Source of the DNA: Candidatus Melainabacteria bacterium 17Bon1m
Lineage (GTDB): Bacteria; Cyanobacteriota; Vampirovibrionia; Obscuribacterales; Obscuribacteraceae
Length of the DNA: 64,000 bases
Direction of reading: 5' to 3'
Assembly (NCBI GenBank): GCA_032128875.1
Contig: JAVLKG010000007.1
Coordinates: forward strand, 1-64,000
Shown: in pieces, positions 40,241-49,885 of the stretch
Layout: each line of letters begins with the position of its first letter
How positions within the stretch are numbered: the stretch's first letter is position 1
Notes under the pieces: model-generated
The model's database searches: none
Told to the model about the DNA's origin: nothing
What the model saw: the letters and a program-made list of their open reading frames with translations, nothing else
Made by a program: the position numbers and the translations under genes

Positions 40241-41428
40241 TTACATCGAATAGGGCCGCTTGATCAGCTCGTCCACCTCCTTGAGGAGCTGGGCTTGCTC
40301 GGCGGCCGACAGAGGACGATCGGTGATCAGCACGCGGTCCAACTTGCGGAACACGCTCTTCACCAGGTTCGCCTGCGGATCATCGGGCAGAGCCTCGATT
40401 TCCGTAAGCGTCATGCCCTCCAGCCCCGGGTAGACCGGCGCCAGGAACGTACGCACGACACTGCTCATCCGCTTGTAGTGCGTCTTGCCGAAGCCGATTT
40501 CCTTGCCGGACTTGACGGCGGAGTGCATGGCCAGCCAGGCTGCCGCTTCACGCGAGATGTTCTTGCGCGCGCGGACCCGGTTGACGTAGCGCACCGTAGC
40601 CATGACAGGCCAGCTGGCGAACAGCAGGAAGCAGAGGATGCCGAGCAGCGGAACCGGCCATGCCGAACGCGGCTTGACCATCTCGGTGTTGCCCATCACC
40701 ATCGGACGCTTCATGTTCTCGTAGCCGCCGTCGATGTTGTTCAGAAGAACGAACTCGGGCGTCACGAAAACCTGATGGCGCGGCGTACCGTCCGGGTTGT
40801 TGTCAACCGAGTACGGCAACTGCATGGTGAAGCGCAGGTGCGGCTTGATGGTGAACTGACGCACCAGGATAGTGACATCATGGGTGGTGACACCGTCCTT
40901 CGTGGTCGTCGTGATGACCGGCTTGCCGGCCAGCTCGAACGACTGCTTGAACGATTCCTCCAGAGCGATCTTGCCCTGACGGAGCGGGTCGAGATTGACC
41001 GTTGAGCCGGACGCCACGATGAACTTGATGTTCAGCGGAATGGCGTCGCCGATCTGCCAGCCGAAGACGCGGGCGGAGATGACCACCTTGATCTTGCCGC
41101 CGCCGCAGTCCGCCTTCATTTCCGGCAACACCACCAGCGGTGGCACGACCGGAACTTCGGGAACGGCTTCCTGATTGGGCTCGGCTTGCGCCTGCCCGTC
41201 GGCAGCCGGCGTCTTGGGAGGCGCCTTGGCCGGATCGGCAGCACCAGCCTGCGCGGGCTTCTTCTCTTCCTGCACGACGCAGAAAGGCGGCGTCACGGTC
41301 GGTGTCGTGTTGACCACGCCGGTGTCCTCACCCGCCTGCGCGTACACCGCAGTCGTGATGGGCATTGCCAGAGTTGCGGTCAGCATCGCGGCCGCCGCGA
41401 AAGTGAGTCTACGATTCAGACGATTCAT
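40241..41428 (-). CDS. Signal-peptide + single-TM protein (BatD/MxaA-like), module 2
   Basis: GGAG RBS before ATG 41428; RVFGWQIGD, TPEFV, TM, AAW...KTHYK shared with module-1 paralogue. Confidence 0.6.
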   Translation of the reverse strand: MNRLNRRLTFAAAAMLTATLAMPITTAVYAQAGEDTGVVNTTPTVTPPFCVVQEEKKPAQAGAADPAKAPPKTPAADGQAQAEPNQEAVPEVPVVPPLVVLPEMKADCGGGKIKVVISARVFGWQIGDAIPLNIKFIVASGSTVNLDPLRQGKIALEESFKQSFELAGKPVITTTTKDGVTTHDVTILVRQFTIKPHLRFTMQLPYSVDNNPDGTPRHQVFVTPEFVLLNNIDGGYENMKRPMVMGNTEMVKPRSAWPVPLLGILCFLLFASWPVMATVRYVNRVRARKNISREAAAWLAMHSAVKSGKEIGFGKTHYKRMSSVVRTFLAPVYPGLEGMTLTEIEALPDDPQANLVKSVFRKLDRVLITDRPLSAAEQAQLLKEVDELIKRPYSM

Positions 41429-42356
41429 GTTCATTCTCCATTGGCCGGTGACCGGAGTAGATAGGCAGAATGGTCTCATTGAGACCGTCGACATCCTGGT
41501 CGGTCCAGAACTCCTGCATGGAGCATCCGAAGTCGACCAGAGTTTTGCGCAGCTCCTGACGCTGAGCGTCGAAGCTTTCACGCCATTGACGGCGGGTCTT
41601 GTCACTGAGGTGAATGCCGGACACACCACCCGTGCCGAGATCCTCGAGATCACGGAAGCCGGAGCCTTCGGGCAATTCGCGCTCACGGCGATCGCCGACG
41701 ACGAGGGCTATCACGTCGTGCATCTCCGCTGCAGCCTCGAGCGCATCCTTGTCGGCGGCGCTGTAGTTCTGCCAGTCGGAGATGATGAAGACGAGGCAGC
41801 GCCGGTCCGTGGGCAGCCGCTCGAGCGACTGAACCAGACCCGACTGCTCCTCGGCATCGAAGCCGTCTTCTTCGGAATCCTCGTCGAGGTATCCGAAAAG
41901 TCCTTGCTGAAGCAGACGTCCCGCCGGACGATGCGAGCGGAACTGATGAATTTTGTTGCCCTGCCAAATCGAGTAGCCGAGCAAGTCGTTGGTGCAGGAC
42001 GTGTTCTGCAACACGGAGCCCATCAGCCACGCGCACAACTCCTTCTTGGTGTGGCGAACGACACCGAAGTCGACCGACTTCGAGTTTTCCACCAGCACGT
42101 AGACGGTGAGGTCGCGGGGCTGTTCGAAGACCAGCGTGTACTTCGTACGCCAGCCGGTTTTCGCAGTGGGGCGGGGCGCCAGCCTGTCGCCGGGTTCCCA
42201 CTCCTTGATGCCTGCCAGGTCAAAGCCGGAATCGCCCAAAGTCTCGCTGTCACGCTCGCTGCCCGAGTAATCGGGAGCGTTCGTACGCCACGGGACTTCG
42301 ATGCCGACCGACATGACCCCGGACAAGATGTCCTGGATTAAGTCTTCGACAGTCAT
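41409..42356 (-). CDS. DUF58 protein (MxaS-like), module 2
   Basis: KEWEPGD, SKSVDFG, IISDW, DRRERELP (identical in module 1); start trimmed to ATG after AGGTG. Confidence 0.82.
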   Translation of the reverse strand: MTVEDLIQDILSGVMSVGIEVPWRTNAPDYSGSERDSETLGDSGFDLAGIKEWEPGDRLAPRPTAKTGWRTKYTLVFEQPRDLTVYVLVENSKSVDFGVVRHTKKELCAWLMGSVLQNTSCTNDLLGYSIWQGNKIHQFRSHRPAGRLLQQGLFGYLDEDSEEDGFDAEEQSGLVQSLERLPTDRRCLVFIISDWQNYSAADKDALEAAAEMHDVIALVVGDRRERELPEGSGFRDLEDLGTGGVSGIHLSDKTRRQWRESFDAQRQELRKTLVDFGCSMQEFWTDQDVDGLNETILPIYSGHRPMENEHESSES

Positions 42357-42464
42357 GATTCTATCCACCTTTGTTTGAGTGAAATTGCCTGTGCCCGCAT
42401 GTCTTGAGCACCGGATTGACCGGGCTCGGTGAAACACGCGGGCAGCACGCTTCATAGACGACCA

Positions 42465-43523
42465 TTACGGCTGGGTGTGGACCAGGATCGAAGTGATCAG
42501 GTCGTCGACCTTCACCTTCTTCTTGCCGAGCGACGCGGTCTGACCCATCTTGGTGTGGGCGCGCGCGACCTCGGGGAAGACGGCCTTGACGTGCTCGGGA
42601 CGCACGGTGTCCTGGTCCATCGCGTGGGCCAGAGCGGCAGCAGCCATCTTCAGGTCCATGGCGCAGCGCGGCGAGCCGCCGACTTCGACCATGTCCTTGT
42701 ACGACTTGCCGTTCGGGGTCTCCCACTTGTCCATGAAACCAACGTAGGGGTTGGTGCCATAGGACAGGCGAGCGATGTACTCGTTCACCGACGAGCCGAC
42801 GCCGACCGCCAGCTCATGCACTTCGCCGCGCATCTTGAGCAGCTCGGTGACGCTGGTGACCGGACGAACCATCTGCTTTTCGCCGCGCGGCATGCGCAGC
42901 ATCTGAGCGTTCTGGACGATCTCGGTCAGACCTTCCAGCGTGGGGTAGCCCCACTGGATGTTGAACATCAGCCGGTCGTAGGCTGCGTTCGGCAGTTCCA
43001 CCGTGCCCTGGCCGGGAGCGGGGAAGTTGCAGGTGATGAGGCCGACGAACAGGTCCGGCATCTCGATGGTGACGTCTTCGACGGTCTTCTCCCGCTCTTC
43101 CAGCATCTGCAGGAAGGCAGCCCAGAGACGGGGCGTGTAGCGAGTGCCCTCGTCGACGAGCAGGAAGTTGGCGCCGTCCGGACCACCGGGGACCTGACCG
43201 TGACGCCACACGCGCGAACCATCGGCGGTGTCAATCGGATAACCGATGACCGTCGACGGCAGCGCATCCGGCGTGCCCTGGCAGCGGGCTTCGCGGCAGC
43301 CCTCGATGATGAGCGGCATGACCTTGGCGATCTTGGTCTTGCCCAGACCGGAGTTGGCCATCAGGATGGCGTGACCGGCGGCGGTGAAGAGCAGGTTGAT
43401 GAGCACCAGCTCGCGCTTGTACCCGACGATGACCTTGCCCTCTTCTTCGAGCAAAGCCCTGTGGACCCGGTTCTTGATCATGTCGATGTCGAAGACCAGG
43501 CGGTGATTGCTATCGAACTTCAT
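42465..43523 (-). CDS. moxR: MoxR-family AAA+ ATPase, module 2
   Basis: SGLGKT, QGTPDALPS, LVDEGTR, GTVELPNAAYDR, SPR. Confidence 0.88.
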   Translation of the reverse strand: MKFDSNHRLVFDIDMIKNRVHRALLEEEGKVIVGYKRELVLINLLFTAAGHAILMANSGLGKTKIAKVMPLIIEGCREARCQGTPDALPSTVIGYPIDTADGSRVWRHGQVPGGPDGANFLLVDEGTRYTPRLWAAFLQMLEEREKTVEDVTIEMPDLFVGLITCNFPAPGQGTVELPNAAYDRLMFNIQWGYPTLEGLTEIVQNAQMLRMPRGEKQMVRPVTSVTELLKMRGEVHELAVGVGSSVNEYIARLSYGTNPYVGFMDKWETPNGKSYKDMVEVGGSPRCAMDLKMAAAALAHAMDQDTVRPEHVKAVFPEVARAHTKMGQTASLGKKKVKVDDLITSILVHTQP

Positions 43524-43642
43524 GGCGATATCCTTTGTTCACTTGTGTCATGAGGAAAGCCGACTCGCCCAGGTTGGCAAAGCTGGATGCTTCCAGCGAT
43601 GTCAGCCTTTGCGAGTGCGGCGGTTTCAGTTGGAAGTCACGT

Positions 43643-44839
43643 CTAAGCGCGACCGTCATGGCCGCGCTTCTTTGCGCCTGTCGCGACGAACGCACGAGCG
43701 CGCGTCACCAGTGGGCCCACCAGCCAGATGAGCATGAGGACGCCAAGCATGCCGGCCACCAGAGGCTGGTACCAGTACTTTTTGGCGACCTCGACTCGCG
43801 AGCCGGCCAGTGACCGGGGCCAGTCGATGTCGACTGACTTGCCCGGCTCAGCGATGACATAGCGACCACCGGTCGCTGCCGCCAGCTCGTTGAGGAACGC
43901 GTCCACACGCACCGTCTGGGCAACCGACCCATCCGACATCATGTGATACGCCCGCTGCCCGTCCTTGTAGATGGGCTTGCCTGCGCCGTCGTAGAGCGGG
44001 ATGTACGACGGTTGGGTCGAGCCGATGCCGACGATGATGAAGACGGTGTTGATCTTCTTCGCCGCATCAATCGCCGCCTGCAATTCCTCCGGCTTGCTGT
44101 GATTCTCGCCGTCGGTGAAAAGCAGGATGACGTTGGTCTCGCCGTTTTCGGCCGGGTCGCGCTCGAACATCTTCACCGCGGCATTGATGCCGTTGTGCAG
44201 ATACGTGCCATCGCCCATCGCCGTGCCCACATCAACCCACCCGTCGTCCAGGATGTAGTTGATCGGGTCGAAGTCGTTGTTGAGGAACGACTTGGTCACG
44301 GGAATCATCGAGTAAACGATGATGCCCAGCTGGTTGCCGGAGATTGCAGGCATGATCTGCTTCTGCAGAATCATGCGCGCCGTCTCAACACGCCTGCCGC
44401 AAGGACCTTCCACCATCGTGCAGCTCCTGCCTCCGTAGAGAGCAGGGTCATCGCGATTCTCCGCGCCCATACTGCGGGACACGTCGAACAACGCCACCAC
44501 ACGAAGCGAGCCTGCCGGCACGCTGACGGCGCCCTGGCTCTGGTACGGCATGGTGGCGGCGGTGAAGCCGAGAACCAATATGAGCACCAGACCAGACAAA
44601 ACGACCGCAGCGGAACCCAGCCTGGGAAGCGTCGTCCAACGCTCCACCAGCTCCGTGGTTCCGTAGTCTTTGATCGCTTGCACGCGCCCGCGATACCACA
44701 ACCACCAGAGGGCGGCCGTGGCACCGATACTGATCAAGAGCAGAAGGCATCCGAAACTTACGGGACTCCTCCACCAAATGAAGTGGGGATTCTCGAAGTG
44801 GATGCTCTGCAAAAACTGCCAGAGTTGATCCATGATCAT
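43643..44839 (-). CDS. Membrane-anchored vWA protein (BatB/MxaL-like), module 2
   Basis: DVSRSM and LFTDGE; IDWPRSLAGSRVE matches INWARTLAGSKVE of module 1. Confidence 0.85.
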   Translation of the reverse strand: MIMDQLWQFLQSIHFENPHFIWWRSPVSFGCLLLLISIGATAALWWLWYRGRVQAIKDYGTTELVERWTTLPRLGSAAVVLSGLVLILVLGFTAATMPYQSQGAVSVPAGSLRVVALFDVSRSMGAENRDDPALYGGRSCTMVEGPCGRRVETARMILQKQIMPAISGNQLGIIVYSMIPVTKSFLNNDFDPINYILDDGWVDVGTAMGDGTYLHNGINAAVKMFERDPAENGETNVILLFTDGENHSKPEELQAAIDAAKKINTVFIIVGIGSTQPSYIPLYDGAGKPIYKDGQRAYHMMSDGSVAQTVRVDAFLNELAAATGGRYVIAEPGKSVDIDWPRSLAGSRVEVAKKYWYQPLVAGMLGVLMLIWLVGPLVTRARAFVATGAKKRGHDGRA

Positions 44840-44847
44840 CGCCTCCT

Positions 44848-45546
44848 TCAGATGGCGTCGTTATTGTCCTGACCGGGCTGTTTGCCGGTCTCGTCACCGG
44901 GCATCGGCTGACCCTTTCCGGGCTGACCGGGTCCCTGACCGGGAGGTCCGAGCTTGCCGGGTTCTTCCAGCATCTTGGCCAGTTCCGGATGTTCCGACAG
45001 CAGCGACAACAGGTTGTTGCGCGTGTCGTCTGCCTGCTTCTCCAGGCGGAGCAACTGGCAGTCGTCGCCCGAGACCGGGCGAGCCATGCCCACCTTGTCA
45101 CCCGGCGTCACGCAGAAGTCGCGCGCGTACTGGTGGCTGCCGTCATCACGCGCCGACACGCCGACCAGCATGCGCTGACCGGCATTGAGGCGAAGCGACT
45201 CGACGTAGGCCTTGAGCGCGTCTTCGTTCTTGTTGGCGGCACGCAGCATGTTGCCGACGTGGAACATGGCGAGAGCGGCCATCTCCTGGTCGCCCTGCGG
45301 CAGGATGTAACGCTCCGCCCAGGTCTTGGGTTCGAGACCCTTGAAGGCCTTGTACGACTCCATGAAGGCCTGCAGCGCCTGACCGGCGACATTGGGGTCT
45401 TCGTTGGAAGCCATATCGATGGCCTGGTCGTAGAGGTGGGTCTGCACGTCGGTGTACTGCGCCAACTTGATGACCGTCGGCGTCAGATAGATTGCGATTG
45501 CCCAGGCCACGACGAATGGCAGGGTTCGCAGTGCGAACTTTTTCAT
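44848..45546 (-). CDS. TPR protein (BatC/MxaK-like), module 2
   Basis: EMAALAMFH and ESLRLNAG shared with 27639-28226; G/Q/P/K tail. Confidence 0.75.
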   Translation of the reverse strand: MKKFALRTLPFVVAWAIAIYLTPTVIKLAQYTDVQTHLYDQAIDMASNEDPNVAGQALQAFMESYKAFKGLEPKTWAERYILPQGDQEMAALAMFHVGNMLRAANKNEDALKAYVESLRLNAGQRMLVGVSARDDGSHQYARDFCVTPGDKVGMARPVSGDDCQLLRLEKQADDTRNNLLSLLSEHPELAKMLEEPGKLGPPGQGPGQPGKGQPMPGDETGKQPGQDNNDAI

Positions 45547-45562
45547 GTCGTAGTTCCTCCAG

Positions 45563-46621
45563 TTACAGGGTCGAGCGCCGAACGACGCTCAATCCAATCC
45601 ACGTTGCGAAGCTGATCGCCGCCACCATCAGGAGAAACAGCAGAGAGTCCTGCCGCTCCTTTGTGTAGACGGTACGCACGCTCGCGCGAGCGAGCGCATC
45701 GATCTGCGTGAGTGCCTGCTTGAACGCTGCCTCGTCCTGCACGCGGACGACGGTGCCGTCGACCGATTGCGCGAACTTGATGATCGGCTGCAGGCTCGAG
45801 TTGTTCAGGTCCTTCCAGGGAGTGTCGACACCGAATACGAAGAAGTGGATGCCCAGCTCCTTGTACGCGGCGGCGAGTTCCTTCGCGCGATCTTCGTTAA
45901 TGCTGGCCATGCCGTCGGTGACCATGATGTAGATACGCGTGGCGTTGCCGTCCTCTTTGTTGAAGACGCGCAGCGCCCCCTGCAAAGCACCGTCTTCGCC
46001 GGCCCCGTTGACGGGACCATCGAAGTTGGTGCCGCCGCCGTACTTGTCGGTGTACGTGCGAATCTGGTCCAGAACGCTGATAGCGACTTCCGGAGTCTTC
46101 GTCGCCGGGTAGGTGAGGAAGAACTTCGAGTCGAACACCGTGAGACCAACGCGCAGTCCGCCGGCATTCTCGATGAACACCTTAGCGGCGCCGAGTTCGG
46201 CATCGATCGGTTGCACCGCTCGAGCAGCGTCTTCCGGCTTGTCGGTCTTCGGCTTGTATTCCGGATTGGTGCGCGGGTCGAAGTAATACGAGAGATAGCG
46301 CTCGTAGTCGAAGTGCACGCCGCCAGTTTTGGTCGAGCCGGACGTGTCGATCGTCATGTAGATGACGCCGGCCGAGTCCGTACCGACCTTGTTGAACGGG
46401 AAGACCGTGCCCGCCAGACCAAGCACAAGCGCAGAGTAGAGACTGCCCTTGCTGAGCCAGATGAGCGCGGTCAGCGCTGTTCCGGCCTTGGTACTGACTC
46501 TGACGCGCGAAACCTGTGTGTTCTTCAGCGTATGGGAACGACGTCCCCAGAAGAACCAGACCGCGAAGGCTGCAGGCAGCGCCAAAAGCAACCACAGATA
46601 GACTGGGTTCATGAATTCCAT
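45563..46621 (-). CDS. Membrane-anchored vWA protein (BatA/MxaC-like), module 2
   Basis: FMNPVYLWLLLALP N-terminus; DTSGS, GGTNF, VTDG; GGAGG RBS. Confidence 0.85.
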   Translation of the reverse strand: MEFMNPVYLWLLLALPAAFAVWFFWGRRSHTLKNTQVSRVRVSTKAGTALTALIWLSKGSLYSALVLGLAGTVFPFNKVGTDSAGVIYMTIDTSGSTKTGGVHFDYERYLSYYFDPRTNPEYKPKTDKPEDAARAVQPIDAELGAAKVFIENAGGLRVGLTVFDSKFFLTYPATKTPEVAISVLDQIRTYTDKYGGGTNFDGPVNGAGEDGALQGALRVFNKEDGNATRIYIMVTDGMASINEDRAKELAAAYKELGIHFFVFGVDTPWKDLNNSSLQPIIKFAQSVDGTVVRVQDEAAFKQALTQIDALARASVRTVYTKERQDSLLFLLMVAAISFATWIGLSVVRRSTL

Positions 46622-46813
46622 AGTTTCCTCCATGGAAATACGAGTTAGAACACCGCAGGGTGAGCCGCGATGTCACTGGTCATTAAGGGCGGGTACTGTT
46701 TCAACCAACCCTGGAAAAACGCGCTGATTAGCGAAGCTCTCCCACGAACGTCGCGGAAAAACAGAAAGCATCGCGTCGCGTTCTCATGTGTGGCTTACTA
46801 GGTCGCGCAAGCC

Positions 46814-46939
46814 ATCACTGTTTCGGGCAAGTCAGCTCAAGCGTTAAACACGCACCTGGAGAACTGCAGAGAGCGGCTCTTCAAGGACGTGTGCGGCTAA
46901 TCCCTGGGGAAGGGAGGCTAAATTGCCCGAAACAGTGAT
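46814..46939. repeat. Perfect 17-bp inverted repeat upstream of module 2
   Basis: ATCACTGTTTCGGGCAA (46814-46830) / TTGCCCGAAACAGTGAT (46923-46939). Confidence 0.85.
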
Positions 46940-47655
46940 TGTTATGTCGAGTACTGGGAAGAAAATGCCAAAGGAAATCTTAAGGAATGATGAATTCAAC
47001 CTACCTGACACCCATGGATATTCAAAATCGAATGAATTCCATATGTTTCAGACTTTGAAGCAAACCGCTCAGAGAGCTAATTAAGGACAAAGCCCAAATC
47101 GCGCACTACATGACCCTCTTCGAGGGCCGATCTGAATGAGAAAGCGAAGCTTCTCTCTAGTGAACTCCCAAACCGGTTGATGAGTAACGTTTGTAAAGGG
47201 ATTAAGTCCCAACATGATCGATAGCGCAGCTCGTCGAAACCTCGAAACCACCGCCGACAAAGGTAAAATGCAGACAGTTTTTGACCGTCGCTTCCTTTCA
47301 TATCGAGGGAAAAGCCGACCAAAAGCGAAATCACGTAACTTTTGTGACGCTCCTTGGTGGCACATGTGATACCGCAGAAAATCGCGTCAAAAGTGGTCCA
47401 GATCATCTCCGGGGCATGGTGCTAGCCGCGCCAACATTTCCACGCCATGTCGAGAACTCAAAACCTCATGCTAGCCGCGCTTTCCATATCGGCGACGTTC
47501 ACGATCTCTTCACGCAATAGCTTGCACGATTGAGACTACAAAAGAAAAACGTACTCGCGGCTGCAGCAACGAACTGCCAGTCGCCATCAGTGTTTGCCAG
47601 GCAACCCATGAGATCGCACACACTGTTCTGTGCAGTGCTTTTTCTACTTCGTTTT

Positions 47656-48921
47656 CTACTGCGTTTTCTTCTTAGCCGCTTTATTCAAATCAGCACCGAC
47701 ATCATCGAATGTCAGTTCATCGACTTCTTCATCAACTTTCGCTTTTACAGATTTGGCAGCAGCCTGAACCTGCGTTTCGCTTTTTGTGATTTTGCGCGGT
47801 CTCTTTTTAGCCGTTTCTTTCGCTTTTTCGAGCGCCTTTTCCAGCACTTCCTCGCCTTTTCCATCTCCGGCTTCTTCCTGCCTCGACTCGGTTTGCGAAT
47901 TTATCGGCTGCATGCCCGGCACTTCTTCACCCGGCAGCGGGACATAAAGAGTATTGGCAATTGCTTCTGCCTTAGCGGCTCGCGCATCTGCCACTAACTT
48001 ATCGATTGTGCGAGCGCGATTTTCAGACACCTTGCGCATGAGTTCTTCCATAGCCGATTCATCATCGACACCGCGAGAAAAACGCGACCCGGTTCTGACT
48101 TCGATAGAACTAGCATCCGATTCCAACGATTCAGCGATTTTGTCGAGAGAGACCTGATTTTCTTTAAGATGCTGCGCAAGCTGTGCTGTCTCTTCATCAT
48201 GATTGCTGAGTGACACGGGATTTTCGGCCGGCGATCTTTTGTTTTCAATTTTTTCGGCAACAGGCTTTTGATCGCATAGTTCGCCTGGTCCGTGACTGCT
48301 GTGGCAAGATTGCATCTCGACTGGTTTTGCACCTTGCATTGACCTGGCAATTCGCGCTTCGTTTTCGCGAATATCCAAAACTTCGAATTCAATATTCGAG
48401 GGACAGCAATCTTTGATGTCGCGCAAGTGGCTGCCGATGCGATGTGCCGCCTCCCGCAAATGAGTGAGTGCGCGCTTGCTCATCTCCAGCGACTCGCCGG
48501 ATTTCTGCTGCTTTAAGGCCACGACCGACTTGACCAGATTGTCGCAGCCGTCGCACATCTCGGTCAGACCATAGTTGATCTCGCGGACTTCAATCGGGTG
48601 ATCTTCGTAGTACTCACCAAGATCGACAAGCGCATGTCTTATAAGGTTGTAGCTGTCTTCGAAAATCTGCAAAGATCGCAAAAGTTGCGCGTAAGCGACG
48701 CTGTAATTTCCGGCGCGCGTTTCTTCGACCAAACTTTCGACATAGACGAGACCCTGTCTCAGTCCGGTATGTCCCATCATCAATTCCTGAATACCGCTGG
48801 ATCGAACAACCAGCCGATAATCAAAAAAATCGACGTCGGACATTTGATTCACGACGTGTTTGACTTCGCGTGAACGTCCATGAATTCTGTCGTCGTCTGA
48901 GGGCTTTTTGTCGTTGGCCAC
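47656..48921 (-). CDS. Hypothetical helical protein with charged C-terminal half
   Basis: 421-aa ORF, GTG start after AGGA; no family recognised. Confidence 0.65.
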   Translation of the reverse strand: MANDKKPSDDDRIHGRSREVKHVVNQMSDVDFFDYRLVVRSSGIQELMMGHTGLRQGLVYVESLVEETRAGNYSVAYAQLLRSLQIFEDSYNLIRHALVDLGEYYEDHPIEVREINYGLTEMCDGCDNLVKSVVALKQQKSGESLEMSKRALTHLREAAHRIGSHLRDIKDCCPSNIEFEVLDIRENEARIARSMQGAKPVEMQSCHSSHGPGELCDQKPVAEKIENKRSPAENPVSLSNHDEETAQLAQHLKENQVSLDKIAESLESDASSIEVRTGSRFSRGVDDESAMEELMRKVSENRARTIDKLVADARAAKAEAIANTLYVPLPGEEVPGMQPINSQTESRQEEAGDGKGEEVLEKALEKAKETAKKRPRKITKSETQVQAAAKSVKAKVDEEVDELTFDDVGADLNKAAKKKTQ

Positions 48922-49071
48922 GCCGGTGTCCTATGGGTTTCCCGCCCAAATAGGTTATACCCACCGGATTCAGCGCGGTTGAAAGCGTGGCGAAATATTT
49001 AAGAAAGCGTCTCTTTTGAAAGCCTCTAAATACGCTGCCGAACAGCTCTTGATAGAAACTTGATGCGAGAC

Positions 49072-49443
49072 TTACCTTATTTGCAAAAGTCTTCTTGCGA
49101 TTCTGGCAATCTTTCTGGTCAGCAATTTTAGTTCGTGACCGAGAGTGACGGTTTGATCGTGGACAAAATTCGGATGTATGCCCGTGCCCTTGTAATGGCT
49201 ATCAGAGGCGGCTGAGAGGGCGGCCAAGGCGGCGGATGTGTCGCCATGGGTAAAAAGTCTATCCGCATCACGGTGATACAACAGCTTGCCGTTAAACCCT
49301 ACGTATTCAACTTCTATTCCGCTGCCGCATGTGGTGTCACGGTCGAACCTTAGTAAGTTGGTTTGGTCGTGAGAGAAAAGATCGGAATTTACTTTCTCAT
49401 TCATTTCGATGGCGATCATGGAGTTCATCGAGCGCTCCTGCAC
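49072..49443 (-). CDS. Hypothetical protein
   Basis: 123-aa ORF co-oriented with neighbours; start uncertain. Confidence 0.45.
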   Translation of the reverse strand: MQERSMNSMIAIEMNEKVNSDLFSHDQTNLLRFDRDTTCGSGIEVEYVGFNGKLLYHRDADRLFTHGDTSAALAALSAASDSHYKGTGIHPNFVHDQTVTLGHELKLLTRKIARIARRLLQIR

Positions 49444-49885
49444 AAGAATGTGAGTATGACTGGGATGCGTCTATCCGGGAATTGGTGCCAACCAGTTCAT
49501 ACTCGTTACAAACCGGGCTCTTGTCAAGGACCACTTTAAGTGTCGATCCGCAGGCCGCTTGATTAAACACGACTCAGAAAACAGCAAAGACCGAATGGCG
49601 CCCGTGCTTACAAAAAAGCGCAGGCGTCAAAAAACCGCCTGGAGAGCCAGGTTTAACGTGGTTTAAGAGAAGGAGGGCAAGTGTGCGGGTGCAAAAAGCA
49701 GAAAACACGAACGATCGCAAAGCACGCATTTGCGTCCAAGCGAGCATTCGAAGAACGAGTGTTTATCGAACACCACGTAAATCGAATTCAATGAATTCAT
49801 AGGTTTGAATTCAGCAAAATATTTTTTTCGAGTTTAAATCAGGCGCCTTTGACGACACCGTTTCTCCTATCACCTCCTCGGTTGA

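Noticed and set aside
40241-42455. Longer ORF-track starts (41686, 42455; likewise 13162, 26572, 29363, 33154, 36765, 55230)
   Set aside because: The extensions run through neighbouring genes or hairpin spacers; downstream ATGs have better RBSs or family-typical N-termini.
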